A stretch of DNA of 64,000 nt from Terriglobia bacterium (lineage in GTDB: Bacteria > Acidobacteriota > Terriglobia > Acidiferrales > UBA7541), in NCBI GenBank assembly GCA_963695545.1, contig OY968796.1, positions 3,744,001 through 3,808,000 on the forward strand. The letters run 5' to 3'. The notes under the pieces are model-generated. The model was not told the DNA's origin. It saw only the letters and a list, made by a program, of their open reading frames with translations, and made no database searches. Both the position numbers and the translations under genes were made by a program. Shown here piece after piece: positions 19,418 through 28,561 of this stretch; position 1 is the first letter of the stretch, and each line of letters opens with the position of its first letter.

Positions 19418-19443
19418 AAAAAGGGGGGCGACTCGCGCCCCCC
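19418..19443 (-). terminator. Rho-independent terminator after pilQ
   Basis: Minus strand GGGGGGCG-CGAGT-CGCCCCCC-TTTTT. Confidence 0.8.
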
Positions 19444-19472
19444 GATTCAAATTCCGTCGTTTGGATCCCGGA

Positions 19473-21443
19473 CTAGTCGGGCAAAATCCGGGGAGTTACG
19501 AAGAACAGCAGCTCCTGCGAGGAGACGCTCACAGAAGTTTCCTTAAACAGATGCCCGATCAGCGGAATGCTGCCGATTATCGGCACCTGGTTGACGTTGT
19601 TTTCCTGGCTCGACACGATCACGCCGCCGATCACGACGGTTCCGCCGTCGCGAATCAGCACTTTGGTGGTGGCCGATTGCGTATCGAGGGCCGGGATGCC
19701 GGAGATGCGCGGTATGCCGTTATCGATCTGCGTATTCTCGACGTCCACGTCGAGGAACACCGTGCCGTCAGCGGTGATCTGCGGAGTGACTTCGAGCTTC
19801 AGCACGGCGTCCACGTATTGCACGGAGATCGTGTCATTGATGGTAGTCTGAATCGGAATCTCTTCGCCCTGCTTCACCGTCAGCTTCTCGTTGTTCTGCG
19901 TGACGCCTTCGGGTTCGGAGAGCAATTTGCCCACGCCCTTGTTCTCCATCGCCGTAATCACGTAGTCGAGTGCGTAGTTCGCGGCGGTGCGAGCGAAGGC
20001 GATGCCCGAGGTCGGAGCCACGGCCGGGAAATTGGTCAGCAACGGCAGAATATCCGTAGTGCCCGCGGCGGTGATTGGAAGCGTGGCACCGGTATGCGTG
20101 ATGGTGCTTGCTACGCCGCTGCCGCCGCCGATGACGTTTGAGCCGCCTGCACCATAGCCGATGCCGAGGCCAAGCTGACTGCCAATATCTCGCGCGAATG
20201 CACGTGAGGCTTCGACCACGCGGGCTTCGATCTCGACTTGCTGCGATTTGCGGTCCAGTTGGCGGAGAAGATCGTCAATCGTGGGCAACACGGCCGGAAC
20301 GTCTCGGATGATCAAGCTGTTCGAGCGATCGTCGGCCAGGATGTCACCGCGCGGCGAAAGGAAGCGCTTGAGCGTGGTGGCCATGGTGGCGGCCTTGGCG
20401 TAGCTGAGCACGCGCGTGACGGTCACCAACTCCACGGACGCCGCCTGGGCATTGGCCAGGGTGCGCTTGGCTTCGGCCTCTTTGCGCACGGTGTCCTGCG
20501 TCGCGATGCGCAAAACGTTTCCATCAATTTGGCTGGTCAGATCGTTGTTTTGCAGCACGATGTCCAGCGCCTGATCCCACGGCACTTCATCAAGCACCAG
20601 GGTGACCGTGCCGTGAACGGCAGGGTCCACCACGATGTTCAGGCCGCTGATCTCGTGAATCAAACGGAAGAAGTCTTTGAGGTCGACGTCTTTCAGGTTC
20701 ACCGAAATCGGCTCGCCCGTATATTTCTTCTCCGCGGGAGCCATCGGCCCCGCGCCTGTGCCTTGAATCGGAGTCGGATCGCCGGGCTCAAGCTTGGCTT
20801 CGACGACGGCAAACGGCGGAGCGGCTTGCTGCGATGGAGATTGGACTTGCGACGCAGATTGCGTTTGTGCGGCGGCTTGCTGCGGCGCCGGCGCCGGAGG
20901 ATCGTTTGTAGGTGCGGCGAACGAAGAGGCGTCGGTCGTCAGCCAAGTGGGCAGTGACATTTGCGGAACGTTGTTCACCGCGGCCGGAGAAGCGGACGCT
21001 CGATGCGAATCGCTTTCAGCTGTGTCGCTTGAAAACGTGATGGTCAGGCCGGAGGCGTCGGTTTGCACTCGATCGGCCACCACGTGATCAAGATCGATTA
21101 CCAGGCGAACTGCGCCGGCGGTAGATTGCCCCAGGCGTATTCCGCGAACGGGTTCGATCGTGTTCGCGACGGGACGATTTGAGGTCATGAGGCGCGCATT
21201 CGAGAAGTCCAGCACGAGCCGCGGCGGATTCTCGAGCCGCGTCTGCTGATAGACGAGCGGCGCGCCGGCGTCCACGCGCACGGTGATCTCGCGGCCCGAT
21301 TGCGCAATGTGCACGGCGGAGATGGCGGGCGTGTTGGCGTTGCTCGTAGGCAATGTTCCGGCTCCGGCCCACACCGTCGCCACGGCGGCGCTGAAAACGA
21401 ATATCAGGCAGGCGAGCCGGGAACCCGGCCAGTGATTCTTCAT
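19473..21443 (-). CDS. pilQ: Type IV pilus secretin PilQ with AMIN domain
   Basis: LENPPRLVLD, YTGEPISVNLKD, VPWDQALD, QVEIEARVV, ELLFFVTPRI. Confidence 0.95.
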   Translation of the reverse strand: MKNHWPGSRLACLIFVFSAAVATVWAGAGTLPTSNANTPAISAVHIAQSGREITVRVDAGAPLVYQQTRLENPPRLVLDFSNARLMTSNRPVANTIEPVRGIRLGQSTAGAVRLVIDLDHVVADRVQTDASGLTITFSSDTAESDSHRASASPAAVNNVPQMSLPTWLTTDASSFAAPTNDPPAPAPQQAAAQTQSASQVQSPSQQAAPPFAVVEAKLEPGDPTPIQGTGAGPMAPAEKKYTGEPISVNLKDVDLKDFFRLIHEISGLNIVVDPAVHGTVTLVLDEVPWDQALDIVLQNNDLTSQIDGNVLRIATQDTVRKEAEAKRTLANAQAASVELVTVTRVLSYAKAATMATTLKRFLSPRGDILADDRSNSLIIRDVPAVLPTIDDLLRQLDRKSQQVEIEARVVEASRAFARDIGSQLGLGIGYGAGGSNVIGGGSGVASTITHTGATLPITAAGTTDILPLLTNFPAVAPTSGIAFARTAANYALDYVITAMENKGVGKLLSEPEGVTQNNEKLTVKQGEEIPIQTTINDTISVQYVDAVLKLEVTPQITADGTVFLDVDVENTQIDNGIPRISGIPALDTQSATTKVLIRDGGTVVIGGVIVSSQENNVNQVPIIGSIPLIGHLFKETSVSVSSQELLFFVTPRILPD

Positions 21444-22114
21444 TGCGAGTCTCCTGAACTGCTGGGATTCAGTCGTTTCGTCAATTCGCGGTCGACGGGC
21501 TTGCCGAATGCGTCCGTGCCCGTCTGGTGGAAGGTGACGGCGTCAAGCACGATGTGCGTCACCGCGCCGTCGTACAGCTTGTCTCCATCGCGCAGGAAAT
21601 AAACGCGAGCTTGCGGATTCTCCACGATGGCGATCATTCCGTTGGGACCTTGTACGATTCCATCGATGCGCAGCGTGTCCACCATCAGGCCGGCTTTTCC
21701 AGGCGGCAAATTCTCCGGGTGGTTGGACCCCGAATTCGGCGCCTGGAGCAAAGGTGTGAAAGGATCGCGCCGGCCGGCGGTCTCAGCGCCGCTCGAAGGA
21801 GCCGCAGGCGCGGCCGACGGAGCGGCTGGAGCGGAAGCAGCGTTTGCTGCGGCGTTCGCGGCCTTGTGTCCTCTGTGGGGCTTGGCCGGAGACTGCTGCG
21901 CGGCCGCGCTCGATTGGTTTGCGGGCGCGGAGGGCGTCGCGTCCGTGTCTGCGGACGGCGACGAGGCCATCGCGTGATTCATTTGAGTGCGCATCTGGCC
22001 CGGCATGGCCGGAGACTCCTGCGCGCGGACCGGCAGAATTGCTAGGCCAGCCAAAGCCAGAATGGCGGCGAGCGAACGGCAGAACCGAAATTCGATTGGC
22101 AATCGCATCGTCAA
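21440..22114 (-). CDS. pilP: PilP-like pilus assembly protein
   Basis: RRDPFTP motif; position between pilO and pilQ. Confidence 0.75.
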   Translation of the reverse strand: MTMRLPIEFRFCRSLAAILALAGLAILPVRAQESPAMPGQMRTQMNHAMASSPSADTDATPSAPANQSSAAAQQSPAKPHRGHKAANAAANAASAPAAPSAAPAAPSSGAETAGRRDPFTPLLQAPNSGSNHPENLPPGKAGLMVDTLRIDGIVQGPNGMIAIVENPQARVYFLRDGDKLYDGAVTHIVLDAVTFHQTGTDAFGKPVDRELTKRLNPSSSGDSQ

Positions 22115-22115
22115 C

Positions 22116-22781
22116 TCAGTCGCCCCTTCCCTGCGAGCGAGCCGGTGGGCTGCCCGGCGCCGGGGTTGTCCCCGCCGCGGTTGTCGCAGCTTGGCTTGGC
22201 TTGCTGAAGAATGTGGTCACGGTGCAGGTGCCGCTGACGCTGGTGCCCGGACGCACGGGATAGCCGGTGCCCTTTGTCGGATCCACGGCCGTGAACGTCA
22301 GGTCACCCACATTGATGATTCGGGAGAGGCGGCTCAAGCGCGCGAAGAAGTCCTCGATCGCGTAGTACGGGCCGTCCACTTGAATGTCAAACGGCATCTC
22401 GAAATGGTAGTCGTGCGGGATGATGGCGTCTGCCGTGAGCCGGCGAATCTGCACGCCGGAAGCCGAGGCCGCGCCTTGTAGCATGCGCATAAATTCGTCA
22501 ACCTGCTTGTCCTCAGGGACGATGGCCTGCAGAGTCTCCAGTTGTTTTTGCAGCGCGTTCATTTCCTGGTTGAACGTGGCGTACTGCCGCTCGTAGACCT
22601 GGAGCTGCTGCACTTCCTGCTTCAACTGCCTGTCCTGATCGGTGAGCTGGGTCACCTGAGTGCGTGCCGTGGCCACCGGAGACATGGGAATGTAAATTCC
22701 GGCGACGATCACGATCACCGCCAGGGCCACGAACACCAGCGCCTGGATGTACCACGGAAATTCGCGGAACGATATCGCCAT
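22116..22781 (-). CDS. pilO: Type IV pilus assembly protein PilO
   Basis: N-terminal TM, coiled coil, GPYYAIEDFFARLSRLSRIINV; operon order. Confidence 0.9.
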   Translation of the reverse strand: MAISFREFPWYIQALVFVALAVIVIVAGIYIPMSPVATARTQVTQLTDQDRQLKQEVQQLQVYERQYATFNQEMNALQKQLETLQAIVPEDKQVDEFMRMLQGAASASGVQIRRLTADAIIPHDYHFEMPFDIQVDGPYYAIEDFFARLSRLSRIINVGDLTFTAVDPTKGTGYPVRPGTSVSGTCTVTTFFSKPSQAATTAAGTTPAPGSPPARSQGRGD

Positions 22782-22789
22782 GGCTCTCC

Positions 22790-23446
22790 CTACTCCTTCA
22801 CCGCGGGATGGCCCGCGGGCGGTGCGGCCATCGGAGCGGGACTCGCGCTAGCGGCGGCTGGAGCCGCAACATTTCTGGCTTCCGGAAGCGCAAACTGCGC
22901 CGTCAGCTCGAAAACGAACGTCTGCACGACCTTCTCGCTCGGATCCTGATGCGATTCCTTGATTTCGATCTGATCGAAATATCCAGAGCGCTTCAGCTCG
23001 GTAATGAAATTGGCCACTGCGTTGATCGATGCGGCTTCGCCGGTAATGGCCAGCGAGTCGCCCTTGCGCCCCACCGACGTCAGCCACAATGTATCGGTGC
23101 GCACCACCGTGTTGGCCAGCGCATCCATCAATTCCTGGCCGCCGGTGCGGTTGCGCTGCAACTGTTCGATCACGTCAATGCGTTGCTGCAGGACGTCTTT
23201 TTCGCGCTGGAAATTCTCTACTTGAGTTTTCAGGTTCTCCAAGCGCGCTTTTTCGCCCTGCTGTTTCTGGATGTCGGCCTGAAGCGTGTGCGTTTCGCCG
23301 TCGAGTTGCGCCCAGTAGTACCAGAGCACTCCTACTGAAATCGCGAGAGCCGCGACCAGCAGGATCACCTGGAGCGTGGATTCGAGCGGCACCGTTTGGC
23401 GCGCCGCTTTGGGCCGGACTCTGCCAAGCAGATTGATGCGAATCAT
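22790..23446 (-). CDS. pilN: Type IV pilus assembly protein PilN
   Basis: MIRINLL PilM-binding motif, TM, coiled coil. Confidence 0.92.
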   Translation of the reverse strand: MIRINLLGRVRPKAARQTVPLESTLQVILLVAALAISVGVLWYYWAQLDGETHTLQADIQKQQGEKARLENLKTQVENFQREKDVLQQRIDVIEQLQRNRTGGQELMDALANTVVRTDTLWLTSVGRKGDSLAITGEAASINAVANFITELKRSGYFDQIEIKESHQDPSEKVVQTFVFELTAQFALPEARNVAAPAAASASPAPMAAPPAGHPAVKE

Positions 23447-24495
23447 GGTTGGTCGAAGCTCCTCAGCGCCAAGCCCACCGCAATTGCCAGGCGTGGCGCC
23501 AACTCGCGAATCTGATCCTCGTTATGCCGCCCCGGGTTGATGACGATCTTGCGGAACGGGTAAAACTCTTCCACCGGCATCGCAAACTCTTCGCGCAGCA
23601 ATTCCACAAGTCCGGGCACGCGCGCCGTGCCGCCGGCCACGCAAATCTTCTGGATGTTTTCGCCGCTGGCCGTGGCGCGGAAGAAATCGAAGGTCTTCTG
23701 GATTTCGAGCAGCAAGATATCCGAGACGGACCGCAGAATCTGCGCCTTGTGCTCGTCGGCCACGCCCGCGATGGCTTCGCCCTTCTTCAGGCGCTCCGCG
23801 TCCTCAAAACTCAGATCGAGTTCCTTCTGCAGCGCGTCGGTGTACTGATTGCCGCCCACCGAAACGTCGCGCGTGAATAGCGGGATGCCGCCGCGGATGA
23901 TGTTGATGTTCATCACGCTCGCCCCGATGTTCAGCAGAGCAATCGTCTGGCTGGGGTCCGGGTCGTAATTGACCTCGTAGCAGTTCTGCAGCGCGAAGGC
24001 GTCGATATCCACCACGGTCGGGTTCTTGCCCGCCTGCGCCAGCACGTTCGTGTGGTTCAGAATCTTATCTTTCTTCACAGCCACAAGCAGCACGTCCATC
24101 TGCGAATCCACGGATTCCAGAAGCTGGTAATCGAGATTCACGTCGGCGATATCGAACGGGATGTGCTGGCTAGCCTCGCTCTGAATGCGATCGAAGAGCT
24201 CTTCCTGCGTCATTTGCGGCAGCGTGACCCGCTTCACGATTACGGAATGCCCGGAGACTGAGGTGGCCACGTTTTTCGTTTTGGTCTTCTGCGCGTCGAA
24301 AACGCCGCTGATCGCGCCGGCCACAAGCGGCGCGTCCATAATGGCGCCGTCTACCACAGTGTCTTGTGCCAACGGCTCCAGGCCGAAGCTCACAAGTTCA
24401 TAGCCCTGCTTGGACTCTTTCAGCTCAACCGATTTGACCGAGCTCGACCCGATGTCGAGGCCAACCACGGCAACCTGCTTGGGCTTTCCAAACAT
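23443..24495 (-). CDS. pilM: Type IV pilus assembly protein PilM
   Basis: VGLDIGSSSVK actin-like motif, VDIDAFAL, AVGLALR. Confidence 0.94.
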   Translation of the reverse strand: MFGKPKQVAVVGLDIGSSSVKSVELKESKQGYELVSFGLEPLAQDTVVDGAIMDAPLVAGAISGVFDAQKTKTKNVATSVSGHSVIVKRVTLPQMTQEELFDRIQSEASQHIPFDIADVNLDYQLLESVDSQMDVLLVAVKKDKILNHTNVLAQAGKNPTVVDIDAFALQNCYEVNYDPDPSQTIALLNIGASVMNINIIRGGIPLFTRDVSVGGNQYTDALQKELDLSFEDAERLKKGEAIAGVADEHKAQILRSVSDILLLEIQKTFDFFRATASGENIQKICVAGGTARVPGLVELLREEFAMPVEEFYPFRKIVINPGRHNEDQIRELAPRLAIAVGLALRSFDQP

Positions 24496-24858
24496 TCTGT
24501 GACCCTTTCGGCTTTCCCGTGCGCGCTGCTTCGGACTGATTTTGCTGCGCCGCTCGCCCGGTGCTCTCGATTCGCCCTCAAAACGCTCGTACCAGTTCCA
24601 AACGAGGGTCCTAGTACCTGTCGGCGAGTTTGTGGTCCCTTATCGGAAGTGTCAAGCAAGGTAAAACTTGGTGTTGTCTTAAGAATACGTGGGCTGAACG
24701 ACTGTCCAGCGGTGGCCGCCGGGACAGGCATGCTTCCCTCAACTGCGTGAAAACACAGTGCTGAGGCCCTGAAACGCCACTTTCGTGCGGCGGAAACCGC
24801 GAGGCGCATGGGGAACGCCGGGGACTGTACCGCCGGGGGTGCTGCGAAGGAAACTGCC

Positions 24859-26313
24859 TCAGCGAGATAGCCCCAACTTGTTCCAAATTGAGTCCACGCG
24901 CGCGCGGGTTTTGTCGTCCATTTTGATTTCGTCGGGCCAGGGGCGCAAAAAACCTTCGCTGGCCCACTTGCGCGTGGCGTCGATTCCCATTTTCGAGCCG
25001 AAATCCTGAATGCGCGCGGCGTGATCGAGAGTGTCGGATGGACCGAGAACGAATTGAACGTCGCGCTCGGGATCGATCGCGCACAGCGCCTTCCACACCA
25101 CTTCGCGAAAATCCTGAACGTTCACGTCATGATCCACCACCACGATCACCTTGGTGAACATCGCCTGACCGAGCGACCAAATCGCATTCATAATTTTTCG
25201 CGCGTGGCCGGGATAGGACTTGCGAATCGAAACGATCATCAAGTTGTGAAAAATGCCCTCGGCCGGCATGGCCACGTCGACGATCTCGGGATACTGCAAT
25301 TTCATCACCGGCAAGAACACGCGCTCCACAACGTGGCCCATGAAAAAATCCTCTTGCGGCGGCGGGCCAACGACCGTGGTCATATATATAGGATCGCGGC
25401 GGTGCGTGACGCAGGTCACGTGAAACACCGGGAATTCACCTTCGAGCGAATAGAAGCCGGTGTGATCGCCGAACGGCCCTTCCGTGCGCAGCTCGCCCAA
25501 CTCGACGTAGCCTTCGAGCACGATCTCCGCGTTGGCCGGTACTTCAAGCGAGCACGTTTCGCACGGCACCATCTCCACCGGCTCGCGCCGCAAAAATCCG
25601 GCGAACATCATTTCATCGAGATCCGGCGGAACCGGCAAAATACCCGCGAGGCATGTGGCAGGATCGGAGCCGATCGCGACAGCCACTTCGATGCGTCCCA
25701 GCGGATCGGCCGCGCGCGCGCGCCGGAAATGTTCCGCGCCGTGCTTCTGCGTTTGCCAGTGCATTCCTGTGGTGCGATCGTCGAAGACTTGCATGCGGTA
25801 GACGCCGACGTTACGCTTGCCCGTTTCCGGATTCTTGGTGATCACCAGCGGCCAGGTGATGAAGCGCCCCGCGTCCTGCGGCCAGCATTGCAGGATCGGA
25901 AATTCCGAAAGCGAAAACCCGTCGCGACGAATCACTTCTTTGCACGGACCGGAGCGCACCGTCTTCGGGAAAAACGATCCGAGCTCCGCGAGCTTCGGCA
26001 GCATCTTGATTTTCTCGAACAATCCTTGCGGCGATTGAAAGTCGATGAACGAGCGAATGCGATCGGCGACTTCTTCCACGCGGTCGACTTCGAGCGCCAT
26101 GTTCATGCGCCGCTCGCTCGCAAGCAAATTGATCGCGAGGGGAACACGCGAGCCTTTCGGATGCTCGAATAGCAGCGCGGGGCCGCCGGCGCGCAAAACG
26201 CGCTGCGCGACTTCGGTGATTTCCAGCACCGGATCCACTTCCGCGGAAACTCGGCGCAGCTCGCCTTCCTTTTCGAGGCGGGCGATAAATTCCCGCAAAT
26301 CGCGATACGCCAA
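24859..26313 (-). CDS. UbiD-family decarboxylase (menaquinone futalosine-pathway type)
   Basis: YRDLREFI, RNVGVYR, EGPFGDHTGFY, KMGIDATRK. Confidence 0.92.
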   Translation of the reverse strand: MAYRDLREFIARLEKEGELRRVSAEVDPVLEITEVAQRVLRAGGPALLFEHPKGSRVPLAINLLASERRMNMALEVDRVEEVADRIRSFIDFQSPQGLFEKIKMLPKLAELGSFFPKTVRSGPCKEVIRRDGFSLSEFPILQCWPQDAGRFITWPLVITKNPETGKRNVGVYRMQVFDDRTTGMHWQTQKHGAEHFRRARAADPLGRIEVAVAIGSDPATCLAGILPVPPDLDEMMFAGFLRREPVEMVPCETCSLEVPANAEIVLEGYVELGELRTEGPFGDHTGFYSLEGEFPVFHVTCVTHRRDPIYMTTVVGPPPQEDFFMGHVVERVFLPVMKLQYPEIVDVAMPAEGIFHNLMIVSIRKSYPGHARKIMNAIWSLGQAMFTKVIVVVDHDVNVQDFREVVWKALCAIDPERDVQFVLGPSDTLDHAARIQDFGSKMGIDATRKWASEGFLRPWPDEIKMDDKTRARVDSIWNKLGLSR

Positions 26314-26439
26314 AGTATTTCTCCTCGCTGGACTCGTCCGCGTCCTTTAGCTGCTTCGTGTCGCAGGAAACGGAAGCGCTCACTCTAACACGAACCACTC
26401 GTGCCCCGAGGTTCCGGCCGCCGGGGCTTCGCCGGTGAC

Positions 26440-26871
26440 TCAGGCTGGTGGCGGATCGTTCTCGCGGTCGGGACCCGGGATATCCCAGATGATTGGTAAG
26501 TCCTCTTTCTCGCCAAATTTTGGATCGCGTTCGCGCTCGATGGCGCGGAGGGTATGGAGGAGAAGATTGCAGCCGTAGATCAAGACGGCGCCGCGGCGCG
26601 GGGAGATGCGGTCCTGTGCCAGCAGGTGGACAAGTTTGGAGAGAAATTGGTTGACGTCGGAAGCGGAAGTGAATTCCTCGACGCCGGGCATGAGCTGGCG
26701 AGCGAGATCGAGCGGGGTTTCGTCGCCAGGTGGGGGGAGATGGGCGTGGCGTTTGCAGAAGAAGGATGAGTTCTTGGAGATGGGAAGGCGGCATCGGCGA
26801 CCTGTGGGGAAACGGCGCATGCAGCGAGTCAACTCATTGGCAGAGCGGGACTTCGGATTATTCTTGGTCAT
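26440..26871 (-). CDS. Hypothetical CCCH zinc-finger protein (paralogue of 1302..1814)
   Basis: GGAG RBS; C-x9-C-x11-C-x2-H; shared blocks EFTSASDVNQFLS, QDRISPRRGAVL, CNLLLHTLRAI. Confidence 0.82.
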   Translation of the reverse strand: MTKNNPKSRSANELTRCMRRFPTGRRCRLPISKNSSFFCKRHAHLPPPGDETPLDLARQLMPGVEEFTSASDVNQFLSKLVHLLAQDRISPRRGAVLIYGCNLLLHTLRAIERERDPKFGEKEDLPIIWDIPGPDRENDPPPA

Positions 26872-26895
26872 GGGCGTCTCCAGTCGAGCTGAGAT

Positions 26896-27033
26896 AGGGG
26901 GTACACCCCCGGGTATGTTTTGCGTAAGAGATTCATAAGGCGGGACTTGCAGAAAAAGAGTGACAAAGAGTGCGTAACGGATTGAAAACAGTCGATTTGC
27001 AACTGTTTATTTTCAACGAGATGCGCACTCTTT
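26896..27033 (-). repeat. Core of dispersed repeat element, copy B
   Basis: Reverse complement TTTCAATC...GCAAGTCCCG...TACCCGGGGGTGTACCCCCT matches copies A and C; 10-bp inverted repeat 26965-26974/27024-27033. Confidence 0.8.
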
Positions 27034-27057
27034 TGCAATGCATTGAACATGAATAAT

Positions 27058-27428
27058 TTAGAGCGACGGATTTGTACGAGTGAGCGCGTTTCGGTTGAAT
27101 TGTATCGATGATATTTGGTAGGCGAGATGAGGCAGGACGAAGAGGGGTCCTTCGGCTCGTCCGCCTCTGCGGACTCGCTCAGGACTCGCATCCTTGGCCG
27201 GATGCTCGGCTTAGAGCGACGGATTTGTACGAGTGAGCGCGATTCGATTGAAATGTATCGATGATATTTGGTAGGCGAGATGAGGCAGGACGAGGAGGGG
27301 TCCTTCGGCTCGTCCGCCTCTGCGGACTCGCTCAGGACTCGCATCCTTGGCCGGATGCGCGGCTTAGAGCGACAGATTTGTACAAGCAAGCGCGATTCGA
27401 TCGAATTGTATCGATGATATTTGGTAGG
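27058..27428. repeat. 153-bp tandem repeat, about 2.4 units, containing REP-like hairpins
   Basis: Units start TTAGAGCGAC at 27058, 27211 and 27364; first two differ at about 5 positions; hairpins GTCCGC-CTCT-GCGGAC and GCATCC-TTGGCC-GGATGC. Confidence 0.95.
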
Positions 27429-27533
27429 GCGGGCACGACGGGCGGAGGCGATGTTGCCACGGCGAGCAGGCTCCGCCGCTAGATACCGAAAATTCTTCGC
27501 GACAACGAGAGGCGGGCGTATACGCTTCCAGTT

Positions 27534-27624
27534 CATGCGGAAGCATAGCACCATTGTTAACTATATGTCAATAATAACGCGTGGGGTATTCTGTTCGAAT
27601 GGCTGTGGAAATTATTTCGAACAG
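27534..27624 (-). promoter_or_regulatory. sigma70-type promoter (dispersed element copy B)
   Basis: Minus strand TTGACA 27571-27566, 18 nt, TGc-TATGCT 27547-27542, then GCATG; inverted repeat CTGTTCGAA/TTCGAACAG 27591-27624. Confidence 0.65.
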
Positions 27625-27691
27625 TGGAAAACGGCGGGCCGAGGGTGACAAGCAGGCCGCGCGGGGCTGCGCATTGCGCAGGCACAAGGGC

Positions 27692-27720
27692 TTGACTTGT
27701 GTAACCTGAGTAGTTACACT
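27692..27720 (+). promoter_or_regulatory. higBA promoter with operator palindrome
   Basis: TTGACT-17-TACACT overlapped by GTGTAAC-N7-GTTACAC (27699-27719). Confidence 0.75.
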
Positions 27721-27728
27721 ACACGAAG

Positions 27729-28007
27729 ATGATCCTGCGCTTTCGTCATAAGGGGCTGGAACGGCTCTTTGCCTCGGGCGACACGCGAGGGGTGAACCCT
27801 CAACACGCGAAGCGTTTGCGTCGTCTGCTGGCGTCGCTTTCGACTGCGACGATCCCGCTGAACATGAACATTGCCGGCTATCAGCTGCATCCGCTCGCGG
27901 GCGAGCGCAAGGGCGAGTGGGCCGTCTCGGTGTCGGGCAATTGGCGGCTGGTGTTTCGCTTCGACGGTGAAAACGCGACCGATGTTGATTTGGTGGACTA
28001 CCACTAG
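27729..28007 (+). CDS. higB: HigB toxin (RelE/ParE superfamily)
   Basis: FRHKGLERLF, LHPLAG, VSGNWRLVFRF, VDLVDYH. Confidence 0.93.
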   Translation: MILRFRHKGLERLFASGDTRGVNPQHAKRLRRLLASLSTATIPLNMNIAGYQLHPLAGERKGEWAVSVSGNWRLVFRFDGENATDVDLVDYH

Positions 28008-28025
28008 CAAGAGGAGAAAAGGCAC

Positions 28026-28322
28026 ATGGATATGTACAATCCCCCGCACCCCGGTGAGATCGTTCGGGAGGACTGCCTGAAGGCGCTCGATCTGACCGTG
28101 ACCGAGGCGGCGAAGGGCTTAGGCGTCACGCGCAAGACGCTCTCGTCGATTCTCAACGGGCGCTCCGGCGTCACGGCCGAAATGGCGCTGCGGCTGTCGA
28201 AGGCGTTCGGGAGCACGCCGGAGCACTGGTTGCAGATGCAGCTCGCCTACGATCTGTGGCAAGCGAAGCGGCGCGCCAAGAAGCTGCGCGTCAAGCAGTT
28301 CGTCGCCACGGCGCCGGGGTAG
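28026..28322 (+). CDS. higA: HigA antitoxin (HTH)
   Basis: PPHPGEI, VTAEMALRLSKAFG, WLQMQLAYDLW. Confidence 0.94.
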   Translation: MDMYNPPHPGEIVREDCLKALDLTVTEAAKGLGVTRKTLSSILNGRSGVTAEMALRLSKAFGSTPEHWLQMQLAYDLWQAKRRAKKLRVKQFVATAPG

Positions 28323-28561
28323 CGGGCGGCCTTACGGTTGCCAGGCGCGACGGAGCGATGACAGCAAGGCCGCGCTGACGCCGGGGATGGCGCTGCGCAT
28401 TGGGGCGGTCACACAGACGACAGTGAAAGAGTTGGACGTGCACGGTATAGCCATGCATAGCGGAATCACGAAGGGACGAGTTTTCATCGTCTAGAGGACG
28501 GCCGAGGAGAGGATCGGGTGTAGCCACAATTTAAGTCTCTGCTCTACGCTCACGGTACCGC

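Noticed and set aside
27010..27030. Chromosomal dif site (GTGCGCAT resembles the XerC arm; also at 52299)
   Set aside because: No TTATGTTAAAT-like XerD arm at 6-bp spacing, and the motif belongs to a multi-copy element.
27058..27428. CRISPR array
   Set aside because: The whole 153-bp unit repeats with no unique spacers, and there are no cas genes in the window.
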